Positions 50,250 through 62,595 of a stretch of DNA of 64,000 bases are shown piece after piece. Numbering within the stretch: position 1 is the first letter of the stretch; each line of letters begins with the position of its first letter. The notes beneath the pieces are model-generated. The model saw only the letters and a program-made list of their open reading frames with translations. It had not been told where the DNA came from and made no database searches. Made by a program: the position numbers and the translations under genes. Source of the DNA: Felis catus (lineage: Eukaryota); contig NC_058368.1 of assembly GCF_018350175.1 (NCBI RefSeq), forward strand, positions 134,170,001 to 134,234,000, read 5' to 3'.

Positions 50250-52300
50250 TGTATTTTTAAATTTATCATATAGTAAAACTGACCTTTTTTGTATACTGTT
50301 GTGAATTTTAACACCTGTATAGATTTGTATGGTCACTATTGTAATGAGTGTACAGAACAGTTTGATCAACCCAACAAAAATGCCCCCAATACCATCTGTG
50401 TCTTATCACACCCTCCCCAGTGTCCCAACCAAGACTTGTGGCAACCACTGGCTTATTTTAGTCATTTTATTATTATCCATTTTATTGTATGTATCAATAG
50501 TCCATTGCTTTTTACTGTGAATATTATGCCATTCTATAGATGTACTGTATTTTATATCCATTCGCTTGTTGAAGGACATCTGAGTTTCCAGTTTTTGCTG
50601 TCACATATAAAGCTGGTATGAACAATCATGTACATGTTTTTAGGTGAACGTAGCATGTTCATAGTTTACATAGTTTGTAAACATTGTATGTTTAACTGCC
50701 AAACTCTTTTCCAGAGTGGGTATGCCGATATGTATGAGAGTTGCAGTTGTCACAAATCCTTAATAGCAGTTGGTATTATCTGTATCCTTTGTTTTAGTCA
50801 TTCTAATAAATGTGTAGTGGTATCTCATCGTGATTGTAATTTGTTTGCATTTTCCTATGGCCAGTGGTGGTACACCTCTTCCCATGTGCTTAACTGCCAG
50901 CTTTCCATCTTCCTTGGTCCTTGGCTTATTTTTAAATTGGGTTGTTTGTTTTCTTATTGTTGGATTTTGAAAATTCTTCATATTCCAGGTGCAAGTCCTT
51001 TGTTAGGTATGTGGTTTGTAAATATTTTCTCCTGGTCTTCAGCTTGTCTCTTTATTCTCTTAACAGTGTCTTTGGCAGAGCAAGTTTTTAATACTAATCC
51101 TAGCCTTGCCAGGAAAGTATACACATTATGAGTGCAAGTTTCAATAGAGTACTAATCAGACTATTATATTCCAAGTATTTCTGTAGAACATGATATCACA
51201 AATTAAGTCATTAATTTCAAGAAAAAACAGTTTATTAACAAAAAAGTACAAAGAAGTACAAATGGATATCCTCCTTTCCCCCATTATGGTTCATCTGTCT
51301 ATCTCCCTTTCAGTCCATGACACAGCCTTTTTGAGCTAAAAGAATAGGTAAAATATTTCTCTTTCCAATGGGCCTAATAACCATCCCCAAACAAATCATT
51401 ACGTATTTAAGTTCTACCATCCATGTCAATTAAAAAAAATGTTTTATCTATATGCGTTGCTCTAAAAGCCTCTTCCCTTGCAATATATCATGTACCTAAA
51501 CTGAATTATCAATTCCCATTTTTATGGACTGTGCTATTGGTGTCTCTTCTGATAACGGTCTGTTTAGCTACAGGTCAGGACAATTTTTCCTGTGTTTTAT
51601 TCTAGAAGTGTTATAGTTTTACATTTAGATTTATGTGCATTTTAAGTTAATCTGTGTATAAATTATGAAGTTTAGATATAGGTTAAGTTTTTTCTTATGG
51701 ATATTGGTCCAATATTTGCTGGAAAAACAACTATTCTTATCCACTGAATTGCTTTGCACTTTTGTCAGAATCAAATGGTCATATTTGACCAATACCATAT
51801 TTCCTTGATTATTATAGCTTTCTAACAAGCCTTAATATTGGATAGTGGGATTCCTACAACTTTGTTCTTATTTCTCAGAATGGTTTCAGATATTGTAGTT
51901 CCTTTGCCCTTTTAGATAAATTTTAGAATCAGCTTATCTATATCTACTTAAAATCCTGCTGGGATTTTGGTAGGCATCTCATTAATTTACAGATCACGTT
52001 GGGGAAAACTTACATCTTTATTATGTTAAGATTTCTAGTCTATGAACCTGGTATGACTTTCCATTTATATAGGTTTTCCTTGATGATTTCTTTCCTCAGT
52101 ATTTTGCGGTTTTGAATATACAGGTCCTATACATGTTTTTTAAGTTTTATATTTAAGTATTGCTTATTTTGGTTCTATTGCAAATGGTAATGTAATTTTG
52201 GTTTCTGACTTTTCACTGCTTGTATATGGAAATACCATAGATTTTTGTCTCTACGTCGTATCTCACAACCTTACTAAACTTGTTAGTGTACATTAGGACT
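50250..52300 (-). mobile_element. Old L1M (3' end and ORF2), interrupted at ~51093-51500
   Basis: ORF 50760..50981 (..QITITMRYHYTFIRMTKTK..) is L1 ORF2p-like. GTCCTTTGCCCTTTTAGATAAATTTTAGAATCAGCTT and similar reverse ORF2 motifs are present. Confidence 0.8.
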
Positions 52301-53443
52301 TTTTAAAGGAATTTCATGAATTAGCATAGAAAGACATTCCCAGAAAAGAAATGAGAGGCATTTGTTCAGAGGAATTGAAACTCTTAGTAGCAAAATCTCA
52401 CTGAGTATTCTTTAGAACAAAAGATTGGAGACCTCCAGAGGGACAGGATTATCTAAGCAGAGAATGCCTGTTTTCCTATTTCCATGAATTCTCTCCATTT
52501 CTTTGCTGTTAAGTGGCTGTAGTTATATAAATGGTCATTTCTACAGCATACATTGGAATTATATAAAAATGTTTTTCCTTTTTCTTTTTCTAAGAATATT
52601 GGCTTATAATGACTTAAGATTAGACTTGATTCTTAGAGTAGATTCACCATTCAATTAACAAACAGAGTGTGGGTGAAGGAGAGTACAAGTAGCCCCACCT
52701 CTACCATCCAGATCTCCACAGCTTCTTTTCCTGGGTTTTTATTATATGTTAATGGTCCTATTCTCCCTTTTGTCTCTAAGGGATTTCGTTTAATAATGTC
52801 ACACCAGTTTTAGTATCTTGTAGTACAGCATTTAGTTTGCGTGAGAAAGGAGTTATAAAGAACCAAAAAATGATCTTGGAAGGGCAGTAGATAATTAAGG
52901 CAGACTCAGTCACTTAGGGGCACAGAGTGACACTCCTTATATGTAGCAGGTGCAAATGTTGTTCATTTGGGAGACAGAAAGCTTTGCTAAAGATAGGGTG
53001 AATAGAGGCATCTGGATGCAGTGATATTTCAGAAAAGAAGCATTTATGTCTTTGAAAATTTTCCTGAAAAGAGGTACATTTCAATCTCTCCCTTCCATAC
53101 ATGCACACACTATTAAAATCTTGAGGCAATTATATAAATGAAAGAAATGCATTTCTGAGAGGTGTCATATTGTTAAGGACAGTTAAAAATCCCATCATCA
53201 TATGTATAGCTCCTAAGCTAAGATGTATCCTGTCAGTCTGCTCCCAAATATTCACTAGTTAAGTCACTTCTTTCAAAGATGTTCCCATAGAACATTGGAT
53301 AGGTCTTGTGCTCCAACAAGAACTATTGAGTTACTTTACTCTGATGTAGGAGAAAGCAAAAGCAATAAATGTTATTTGTAAGGGAGAAAATGGATCCCCA
53401 AAAAGTGGTCATTGAGAATTAAATTAAAAATACTGACCAAGAT

Positions 53444-53636
53444 GGGTGCCTGGGTGGCTCAATTGGTTAAGCGTCCAGTTTGGCTCAGGTCATGATCACA
53501 CAGTGGGTTTGCGCCCCGCATTGGGCTCTGTGCTGAAAGTTCAGAGCCTGAAACCTGCTTCAGATTCTGTGTCTCCCTCGCTCTCTCTGCCCCTCCCCCC
53601 TCTCAAAATAAATAAACATTAAAAAAAGTTTTTTTT
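53444..53636 (+). mobile_element. CanSINE
   Basis: TSD AAATACTGACCAAGA at 53428-53442 and 53637-53651. Confidence 0.95.
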
Positions 53637-54303
53637 AAATACTGACCAAGAATTGACATTGACATCAATGCACTTAAAAATTTAGGATTCAGGTAGATAA
53701 AAAGAAGATTTGGCAGGATTGAAGCTGATATATTTGAAATTCTGGGATACTGTTTGTATTTTATGGTGAGCTACAATGAATTTCCATTCTTGGGATGTGC
53801 TGTCATGGAAACAAATTCTATATTTAAAGTTTTTCTTTTTATGTCCACTTTGTGTTTGGGTGTATGTGTGTGTTCGCATGATTTTTATTGTCAGTTAAAG
53901 CCTCAGCAATTTGAAAAGTTAAATCCAAGGATTAGAAAGATCATCACCATACCATTTAGCTTCTTGCCCCAACTCCCATTGGGTCAGGGAAACATCACAA
54001 TTACACTGAAGTAGCCTGTCCTCCTTTCTTCTTCTCTCCCTTCCTCCTTCCCTTCCTTCATTTTCTTTCTTTCTTTTCTTAATAATCTCCAGTAAAATTC
54101 ATTCCTGATTGATGTGTTCCAGTGTCTAAAGACCCACTCAGTAAAAGAAGAAAAGATGCTCATTGTGCCAAAACATTAGCTTTATGAGAAGATAGGTTGT
54201 TATAGGTGTTTGTACCACCACCACAGTTAACTCTCAAGTGTGTATTGTGGCTTTTATTGGAATCCATCAAGTACATTTCACATTAAAATACTATAAGGTT
54301 TAT

Positions 54304-54754
54304 GGGGCGCCTGGGTGGCTCAGTCGGTTAAGCATCCGACTTCGGCTCAGGTCATGATCTCGCGGTCTGTGAGTTCGAGCCCCGCGTCGGGCTCTGTGCT
54401 GACAGCTCAGAGCCTGGAGCCTGTTTCAGATTCTGTGTCTCCCTCTCTCTCTGGCCCTCCCCTGTTCATGCTCTGTCTCTCTCTGTCTCAAAAATAAGTA
54501 AACGTTAGGGGCTCCTGGGTGGCTCAGTCGGTTAAGCGTCCGACTTCAGCCAGGTCACGATCTCGCAGTCCGTGAGTTTGAGCCCTGCGTCGGGCTCTGG
54601 GCTGATGGCTCAGAGCCTGGAGCCTGTTTCCGATTCTGTGTCTCCCTCTCTCTCTGCTCCTCCCCCATTCGTACTCTCTCTCTGTCTCAAAAATAAATAA
54701 ATGTTAAAAAAATTAAAAAAAAATAAGTAAACGTTAAAAATTTTTTTAAAAAAA
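54304..54754 (+). mobile_element. Outer CanSINE (SINEC_Fc2-like) whose tail contains a second SINE
   Basis: TSD TAAAATACT(A/G)TAAGGTTTA at 54284-54302 and 54755-54773. Confidence 0.95.
54508..54719 (+). mobile_element. Inner young CanSINE (SINEC_Fc-like)
   Basis: TSD AAAATAAGTAAACGTTA at 54491-54507 and 54720-54736. Carries the CAGCCAGGTCACG/GGGCTGATGG variant. Confidence 0.95.
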
Positions 54755-54929
54755 TAAAATACTGTAAGGTTTAGTAAAAGTTAAACTACACAGGTATTAC
54801 TGGGAAAAAAAAAACCCTGCAGAACATTACCAGATGTAATTAAAGGATTCATAGGAAATAAATGTGTTGTAATCAGGATGAAATTAGCATTTTAATTTAA
54901 TCAAATTCTATAGAAACATTTGATTCTGG

Positions 54930-55020
54930 AAGCTATAAAATTTTAATTTTTTCTGTTGGAATACAAAGGGGATACAGGAGCTGTTGTATTCCAACAGAAA
55001 AAATTAAAATTCTATAGCTT
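54930..55020. repeat. Inverted repeat: 37-bp arms (36/37 complementary), 17-nt spacer
   Basis: AAGCTATAAAATTTTAATTTTTTCTGTTGGAATACAA (54930-54966) vs TTGTATTCCAACAGAAAAAATTAAAATTCTATAGCTT (54984-55020). Confidence 0.95.
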
Positions 55021-55579
55021 TACATGAATGTATTCTTTCCCATCTAACATCATGTTTTGTGTAGTTGGTGCTCTTTACAGTTATTCCCTCGTCTTTGTGT
55101 GTTTTATTTGTGAAGGGATATTTTCCATCACCATCATATGTCTAAAATTAGAAAACCAAACCAGGCTCCAAACCCAACTTTACCCTATAATAATATCTTA
55201 TTAAACAGTTTTAGTTCTTAATGAATACTTGAAGATGTCAGATTTGATGGAACAAAACTGACTTTACTTCAAGTGTCAAGGGATAATTAAATAGTCAGAC
55301 TTAAATTTCATTACACATCACTAACAATACTTTCATATTTATTGCTTTGTTTGCTAGGTAGAGAATTTTAATATCGAGCACCAAAGTAGTTTGGACAAGT
55401 TTAACTAAATTTCATTCATTAGTACAACAGTTTATTTGCCAACAACTGTGTAATTGGCACTGGTATATGTACTTCAGTGACCAAAGGTAGAGTATTATTT
55501 CTCTCTCCAAGAAGGCGTACAGTTGTGTACAAGTGATAGAACCAGTAGCCAAATGAGTACTGTATATGTAAAAATACTA

Positions 55580-55800
55580 GTTCACAGTTGTTGAACCATT
55601 ACTATGAACTGTGGTTCATGTGTTTCAAATCATTTAACATCGTGAAGAGTTTACATAGTAGAGACGATTCGTGTTTGAATCTTTGTAGGTGAAAAATCTG
55701 AGTCTTAAGATGTGCAATAACTTGCTCGTGGTCATGTAAATAGAAGTCTAGAAATTCAGCCCCATGCCATCTGACTTCTCTGTTCCTGATCTGACTCTTT
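55580..55800 (-). mobile_element. MIR
   Basis: TCATTTAACATCG...TTGTAGGTGAAAAATCTGAG...AATAACTTGCTCGTGGTCA...CCATCTGACT. Confidence 0.55.
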
Positions 55801-56069
55801 AAGTATAAACCTTTTAGCTTATAAACCTTTTTTAGTTTGTAAACTAAACATGCTTAATCAAACGTCACAAAGTGGGTGTAAGTGCCTGATAGGACATCAG
55901 GCGTTGTGTAGGAGTCCAAATGTTGTCATTATTAGTCTCTCAGAATGTATAGATTTTTATAATTCTTAGTTGCTTAATTAAACTCTACCTCCTGACAGCC
56001 TTGTCCTTGAAAAGAAGTTAGTAATTTTTTTCTCTGTAGCTTTGAGTGGAATGTTTACTGTCACTTTCT

Positions 56070-56700
56070 TCCATTTTAATTTTGTCTTTAATTGGGGAGT
56101 TATTTAGGAGTGCATTTTGGGTTTTCAAAGATATTTATAAATTACCTTTTAATTGTTATTTTTATCTAAATTGCATTATCACTTAGCATCTTTATTATAT
56201 AGATTATTTCACATTTGTTTTGTGGCCTCGTATGGGATCAATTTTTATAAGGTTTCTGTAAGAACTGGAAAGAAAAAGAGTACTGTGTTTATTGGGTGTA
56301 TTGTACTACAGATAAAATTTCTTATTTAAATTTGTCTAGTCTGGGTTGTTTCTTAGTTTGATAGAGGACTATTAAAATATCCTACTCTGATGCTGTGGAT
56401 TGGTTAATTCCTCTTTATTATTCTGTCAGTTTTTATTCTATTTATGTTGAGATTCTATTTTTATTTGTAGCAAATAAGTTCATACTTTTTAAAATTTATT
56501 GGTGGAATAATTCATTTTTATTAGAAAGTATTCCTCCTTATCTCTATTAATAGTTTTCCCTAAATACTACTTTATCTTCCATATTTTTCCATAGCAGCTG
56601 TTTGCCCAATGGAACTTTGGTATATCTTTGCTTTCAGCATTTTTTTTATAAACAGAATTTAGCTGCATTTCAGTCTGCCTGTGTCTTTTGGAAGGTTATC
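56070..56700 (-). mobile_element. Very old L1 ORF2 (endonuclease-region) fragments
   Basis: TGTGGCCTCGTATGGGATCAATTTTTATAA...CTGGAAAGAA and ATTAAAATATCCTACTCTGATG..GTGGATT motifs. Confidence 0.55.
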
Positions 56701-57543
56701 TTTGTCTGCTTTCCTTATCGTTGCTATGTGTTAGAAGCAGGAGGTTTGCATCGGAGGGCTGACTTTCTGCCCATCTTGGTTAGAAGTTCTCTGCTGGGCT
56801 TTGGATAGGAGCTGGAAGTAAAGGTCAGAGCGCTGGTATTCTGTGTTACCGATCCCTGTGAATGTAACCCTATGATCTCACGGTACGGTGAGAAGGTGAC
56901 CCTACCTCTTCATGGCACTGGCTTGGTAGATGGCTCTTATAGGTAGAGCCAGGACTTTCCTCAAGATGCAGGGGCTTGAATTTGTCAAGTGTGGGTGACA
57001 GAATGTAGCTACTAAATCTTCTACTCTAATAAAGATGAGGAAAACCAGTGACCTAAAATGAAGGAAAAACTCTAGCTGGACATGTCACAAAAAGTAATTT
57101 TTTTCCAAAAATGAAGAATCATACAATCTGGAAACAAATATAGAATTAGCTTACTTGAGGTAAGCTGAAGAACCAATAGAGAAAACAAATTGGCTAGAAC
57201 CAGGATTAACTTACCTCAGAAGACATTTTGAGATCATTTTAGGTACCTGTGCCTTGAGTGCTTTTCTCAGGAAGTACAGAAAGTAAAATGTTAGTGGTCT
57301 CTAAAATTCTGCCTAATGGTCTGGCATCTTGGGAATTTACCCTGACATCTGCTTGATAGAAGCCGTCCAACCCTAGTGATCACTTCTCTTCAACCTTTTT
57401 TGTGATGGTTACACTTTTAGTAGTTAAGTATATCTGCCTTCTAATTATAGCCTCTGGGTTGATGGATTCGGGAGTTACAGAAGTAAATCAAGTCAGCATG
57501 ATAACTCAATTCCAGCGCGTGCTTAACTGAAACTATCTTGTGA

Positions 57544-57558
57544 AGAACACGGTGTTCT
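57544..57558. promoter_or_regulatory. Perfect consensus GR/AR/PR/MR response element (AGAACAnnnTGTTCT)
   Basis: AGAACA-CGG-TGTTCT read directly in apparently non-repetitive DNA. Function untested. Confidence 0.5.
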
Positions 57559-57793
57559 CTTCTGTCGCGTGTGCAACAGGGTATGTGAAATTTGGCAACA
57601 GTTAATGAGTTGAAAAGTTTGTTTATTAAATATGAGTCTCATTTTAAATATGGCAGGAGACCTAGGAAGGGTTTAGGTTTTCAGTATCAATATCTTGTGT
57701 ACATACTTGTCTGATATTAATTCTGGGTCAAATTAGTAGATGCTTGGTAATATGGAGGTTCTGTGTGTGCTTTTTTAAAGACCAGCCAGACCA

Positions 57794-58000
57794 GGGCCTC
57801 CTGGGTGGCTCAGTGGGTTAAACATCTGACCATGATCTCATGGGTCATGAGTTTGAGTCCCATATTGGGCTGCACATTGACAGTGTGGAGCCTGCTTGGG
57901 ATTCTGTCTCTTTGCCCTTCCCCTGCTTGTGCTCTTGCTCTGTCTCCCTGTCTTTCTGTCTCTCTCTGTCTCTCTCTCAAAATAAATAAACCTAAAAAAA
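57794..58000 (+). mobile_element. Older CanSINE with a short internal deletion
   Basis: GGGCCTCCTGGGTGGCTCAG head, GGAGCCTGCTTGGGATTCT body, AATAAA tail. TSD unclear (AAAGACCA). Confidence 0.9.
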
Positions 58001-58710
58001 AAGACCATTGTAAATGCCATTAAACAAAACAGAAAAGAAAAGGCACATCTCTGTAATGATTGTCAATCGTCTAGACAATTCTCAGTTGTCTGATGTTTGT
58101 TTCTCATTCTCTTTTCCAACAAAATCTTCAGAAGTATAATAGTCTATACACACCATTATCTTCCTAGCTTTGTGCTTTTGTACTTTATCTGTGAGGGACC
58201 TCTTCTCACTTTAGTTTGAATCAGTGAGTTTTAACATGGCTTGAATGGACTTAAATGACAAATGCAGTAAAGTTAAGAAAATGTAGTGAGTTTTTCTAAT
58301 TCTAAATTATCTTCTTGTTTGTATGTTCAGGTTATATCCTTTTTTGGGTTTAAAATGAAAAATAATAGAATGGGGATAGTAACTGGGCAATTTTAAATGT
58401 GCTTATTATTACTTAGGAAAATAAATTGATAATTTAAGTAGCTCCCCTGACTATTTTTTCAAATTTTACAGTATTGTGAAATTTAAAGCTCTGGAAATTA
58501 TTGACTCATGCCATTCACTGGGAGTTCTTTTAAAAACTAAGATTAAGTGGTATTTTTAAAACTAGAAAGAATATTCCTAGAATTCATGTAGAGTGGATGG
58601 AAATATCTGATTTACATAAAACATACTTGATTTGAAGTCATCGAAAGTGTTTTTAGACATTCCCTGATCTACCCACTAGTTGTGTTCCTACCTAATAGAA
58701 ATGGGTACAT

Positions 58711-58941
58711 GGGGGGCGCCTGGGTGGCGCAGTCGGTTAAGCGTCCGACTTCAGCCAGGTCACGATCTCGCGGTCCAGGAGTTCGAGCCCCACGTCAGGC
58801 TCTGGGCTGATGGCTCAGAGCCTGGAGCCTGTTTCCGATTCTGTGTCTCCCTCTCTCTCTGCCCCTCCCCCGTTCATGCTCTGTCTCTCTCTGTCCCCAA
58901 AATAAATAAACGTTGAAAAAAAAATTAAAAAAAAAAAAAAA
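58711..58941 (+). mobile_element. Young felid CanSINE (SINEC_Fc-like)
   Basis: TSD AGAAATGGGTACA at 58697-58709 and 58942-58954. Confidence 0.97.
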
Positions 58942-60671
58942 AGAAATGGGTACACGGACCTGAGAGGCACTGAGACCAAAGCAAGGCCCCTCAGTCTTGA
59001 AAAAGAGCCTGTGCTTGGCATTTTCCAAGGAAGTGAAAATGGAAAACCTGTAAAATTGCTATGTCCTTGGGTACTTCTTGAACTTGTTTAGACCATGGGT
59101 GGTCTCTCTGACATGATTTGGTTTGCTAGATGAGAGGAATATGTATGCAAAGTTGGAAACATTTGTCCAAGTTGACAAACTCATTCTTTTCAGAGAAATC
59201 CAGAAGAGCCCTTAAGCCAGTATTTAGGAGCCATTCCCCCTCCCTCACCCCCCACTCCCACACTTGGCCTATATTTAGGAGCTATCTATACACACATACC
59301 CAGAACCAGTTTATTTTGTGGTTTTTTTCCCCCAATAAATTAAACATGACTATAAATGAACGGGCACATGCTTAAGCATATTATGCAGATGCATTCTCTT
59401 TCAACTTGAGTTTCTCCCCATGGATTGGCAAAAATCCTCGACCCACAGGTGTAAGAAGCAGGATCCCAGCTTCGGTGCTGATCATGCTCTGGGGTGTCCT
59501 TTGCCTCACTGGTTCTCACTAGATTGGCTCCTTTGTAGTGATGCCTCTTGTATTAAGATGATTGGAGCTTTTCAATTTATTGCTTTCCATTTTGGCTACT
59601 GTGGCTGTTTGAATTCTATTTTTTGTATCATTCCTTTTCCTGTTTGCATCTCATACATTTGTATGTTGGAAATACAACAGACAACATCTTGGGTAGTTAG
59701 AAAAAGACATGATAATCTTTTGCCAGATAGAATTTACATCAGCGATTGGTGCTGGGCTCACTCACCTTCCTGTGTGTTACTAACCAATACTCTCTTCTTG
59801 GGTTGTCCCAGGAATCTGTTTCCCTAAGTCATGTTTTCTCTCTAGCTTCTTGGGTCTTTGGCTGAAAAGGTCACAGATCTCTTCTAAGATATGACACCCT
59901 CCTTGGCTACATTTTTTAAGGGGATCTTCTTGACCAGTTTTGATTCCTCCCCCTTTGTTGGGAGCTGTTTAGACAATATTGCATGTCACCCTACAGATAG
60001 TTATCTAGACTCGAATGTCTTTATAACCCCTCTGGGATCTGATACTTATTTATCACTGAGATTTGAGAAAGGAAAGACTGTGGTAAGATGCTTCTGAAAA
60101 GACTGTCTTTAGGAGCAACAGATTTCCTTAGCACTGTGTTCGTGCTGTTTCTCCTTCATCCCCACAGCTACCGCAGAGAGCTGTAACTTCTGTTTGAATT
60201 CTGCTGTCCCAGGAGAAAAGCCATTTTCTGTGCTTCTAGTTCTTTGCTGTTGTCTTAAGACTGATAAGACAAGAAAAAGGGATACTTGAGGGGCAGAAGG
60301 GAGTCCTAAGACCCTGTAATGGTTATCCTACAGATGATGATAAAAAAAATTGGTTAAACAATTACCACTTGCAAACTGTTTAGGGAATCATACACATAAA
60401 CTTAAGAAACAGGCTCTATAACGTTAGGATGACCTTAAAGTATGTTTACACACTAAACTGAGCTTGCATTGCTTTATTCTTTTAATATTTACAGAACACC
60501 TCTGCTGGATACTGTACTAACTTCTAGGGATCTAACAGTGAAATACATATTGTCTCTGCCCCCATTGCAGAATTTCCAAACTTTTGGGAAATAACCATTG
60601 TTTGAACCCAGGACCTGGATGTTGAAACACAGGCTGTTGATTGATACCTCATTAATAAGAGACATAAACGT

Positions 60672-60853
60672 GGGGTGCCTCAGTGACTCAGTTGAGCATC
60701 TGACTCTCAATCTCAGCTCAGGTCATGATCTCATAGTTCATGGGTTCAAGCCTCACATCGGGCTCTGCGCTGGCAGTGCAGAACCTGCTTGGGATTCTCT
60801 GTCTTCCTCTCTCTCTGCCCACCCCACCTCAAAAGTAAATAAACATTAAAAAT
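60672..60853 (+). mobile_element. Older CanSINE
   Basis: TSD AATAAGAGACATAAA at 60654-60668 and 60854-60868. Confidence 0.93.
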
Positions 60854-62180
60854 AATAAGAGACATAAAGGTGTCATTCAATATGATTTCATTTACTTTCT
60901 GCCTGCCCACATGGTAGTTAGTTATTTTGGATAACTTTCACTGTTGTGCAGTTAGAAACTAATGAAGCCAAAGGAAATACTGTAGTTTTTGATTCTTGTA
61001 TTTTATCCTGAAGCTACCTCAGCTTGAAATCCTTGAGCAAGTTTTCTTGCAGAGATATAATGAAAATAACCTCTGTACTATGAACTTTCTTAACCTAATG
61101 TCCATGGCTTGGTTGACACCCCAGCCAGGGTTGGCTGGTCGAGCTAGGAGGAACCACAGCGCCAGGAGAAGAGTCTTGTGTTAAACAAGGCACCCTGGTG
61201 TTAAATCCATGGGCCAGCCTGCCTACCAGGGATTGGATTTTAATGCACCCAGCACAGGGTACAGGGCTGTGAGAACACAAGGCAGGCCACACCAGCCATA
61301 ACAGGCTTCTTAGACACCTGAAAGCTTTTTACCCAGTTTACTTTATAAACTTCCTTTTTGGTCACTCAGACAGGTGTTCCAAATTTATCACTTCATTTTG
61401 TGCTAGGTAATGAGGAAGAGGCCAGTAACAATAAATGATCCTAAGAGCTTTTTGGGCAAGTAGATGATAAAGCCTGTAGAACATCACTAATGCTCAAAGT
61501 CAACTTTCTCAGTTGGAAGTGTGCTTAAAATGACAAAAGTGGTTGGTGATTGGCAGGGGTCTGCTTCATGGGAATGCTGTACCTTTTATTTGAAAAGCCC
61601 TATTGTTGAGAAAAAGAGAGGAGCTCCTTTATGAATACAAATGATGACTTGGTTTTGTTTCACAAAATGTTGAGAGATGGTGTTAGGTATTATTGTCAAA
61701 TATCTGTGCATACGCATATGCATGTACAAGTGTGGTCTGTATATTTGTGAGTAAGTCAGGGATGTGTATCTTATAAACTTGGCTATTGAGTGCTTACAGG
61801 TTTGTGGAGACTGAAGAAAAGAAAAGTTTTTCTAAAGTGAGAGATTTCTTAATTGGTGATTTTGGACATCAGAGTTAAGAACTGACCTTCTGATCTTTTA
61901 GGCATTCCAGGTAAATAGGGAATCAGGCTTTGCTTTTACCTATGTGATATACCCTTTATTTATGGCCCTAGACCAGTGCATTGAGGATCCTGCACCTTCC
62001 CATGTGTGCAATGTATATACACCTTGCAGGTTGAAAGCAAGACCTCGGCTTTATTTTCAAAATCGCATGTACTAGTTTCCTTATTTTAATGTTTCAGATT
62101 TTCCATTTTATCATAACCTGTTTGGGGCTTTGTTTTCAGACTAAGAAAAGTTTTATGAATGGTATGAAAGCTTTACTTCT

Positions 62181-62405
62181 TTTTTTTTTTTTAATTTTTT
62201 TTCAACATTTATTTATTTTTGGGACAGAGAGAGACAGAGCATGAATGGGGGAGGGGCAGAGAGAGAGGGAGACACAGAATCGGAAACAGGCTCCAGGCTC
62301 TGAGCCATCAGCCCAGAGCCTGACGCGGGGCTCGAACTCACGGGCCGCGAGATCGTGACCTGGCTGAAGTCGGACGCTTAACCGACTGCGCCACCCAGGC
62401 GCCCC
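62181..62405 (-). mobile_element. Young felid CanSINE (SINEC_Fc-like)
   Basis: Perfect TSD GAAAGCTTTACTTCT at 62166-62180 and 62406-62420. Confidence 0.97.
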
Positions 62406-62595
62406 GAAAGCTTTACTTCTGATCACTTAATGATCCGAATCCATGTTCCTGATAGAAAACTCACAAATAAGTTAATAGACAGTTGGGTAAGGTGTTTTAA
62501 TGGAAGTGGCATTGTTAGGGCTCCTTTATTTGCCAGGCAACTGGGCTAGATAGAAGGCAAAGTTTCTCAATCAACAGAAATTTGGGGTAGACTTT

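Noticed and set aside
50628..51131. 167-aa hydrophobic ORF as a membrane protein
   Set aside because: Antisense reading of T-rich old L1 sequence.
59420..59827. 135-aa ORF in unique DNA
   Set aside because: No recognisable domain, composition typical of random AT-rich DNA, and no clear splice or promoter support.
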